This document shows positions 63,966 to 64,000 of a stretch of DNA of 64,000 bases, piece after piece (the first letter of the stretch is position 1; every line of letters starts with the position of its first letter). Both the position numbers and the translations under genes were made by a program. The notes under the pieces are model-generated. The model searched no databases and was not told where the DNA came from. It saw only the letters and a program-made list of their open reading frames with translations. This stretch comes from a virus (taxonomy: Duplodnaviria; Heunggongvirae; Uroviricota; Caudoviricetes): IMG/VR virus record IMGVR_UViG_3300037261_000110; one strand, written 5' to 3'.

Positions 63966-64000
63966 TGGAGCGGGATGTGAGACTCGAACTCACTTAGAAT
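63966..64000 (-). tRNA. 3' part of a tRNA (probably Gly), truncated by window edge
   Basis: GTGAG-TTCGAGT-CTCAC-ATCCCGC-T-CCA; U73 and ...CCCGCTCCA are typical of tRNA-Gly; anticodon lies outside the window. Confidence 0.6.

Noticed and set aside
63316-64000. Stop-codon reassignment (suppressor tRNA, alternative genetic code)
   Set aside because: No CTA/TTA/TCA-anticodon tRNA in the window and genes are intact under the standard code.

Overview
This window is a 64-kb segment of a large lytic siphophage of Alphaproteobacteria. Capsid, scaffold and tail genes resemble those of phiCbK-like Caulobacter phages as I recall them; this needs confirmation by database search. Layout: (1) 1-15.1 kb, + strand: replication and nucleotide-metabolism module (SSB-like, RecD/Dda helicase, dATP/dGTP diphosphohydrolase, ThyX, class II RNR NrdJ, dUTPase, thioredoxin, MazG-like, Pth2, three endonuclease-VII-type HNH genes, a GT2 + LpxH-like pair). 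(2) 15.1-47.5 kb, - strand: virion and lysis operons (scaffold, capsid, two decoration paralogs, PhoH, neck, major tail, G/GT chaperones with an A-AAA-AAC -1 frameshift, 1896-aa tape measure, GTA-like tail tip, fibres, GH19 endolysin, holin). Portal and terminase are not in the window. (3) 47.5-63.3 kb: accessory blocks of small ORFs, including a secreted ice-binding (DUF3494) protein, RMF-like, Tad2-like, PRTase-like and SGNH-like genes, and a permuted two-piece tmRNA. (4) 63.3-64 kb: the distal (3') part of a - strand tRNA array. Best candidates for novelty: a promoter- and terminator-bounded ~430-nt non-coding unit with two covarying copies of a 110-nt structured RNA (62.0-62.3 kb); one ~110-aa domain inserted about 10 times across five virion proteins, including Russian-doll nesting; Lys/Arg-rich micro-ORFs coupled into late operons; and a conserved TGACCYGTTC box upstream of late promoters. 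All family assignments come from motif recognition by eye; no searches were run.
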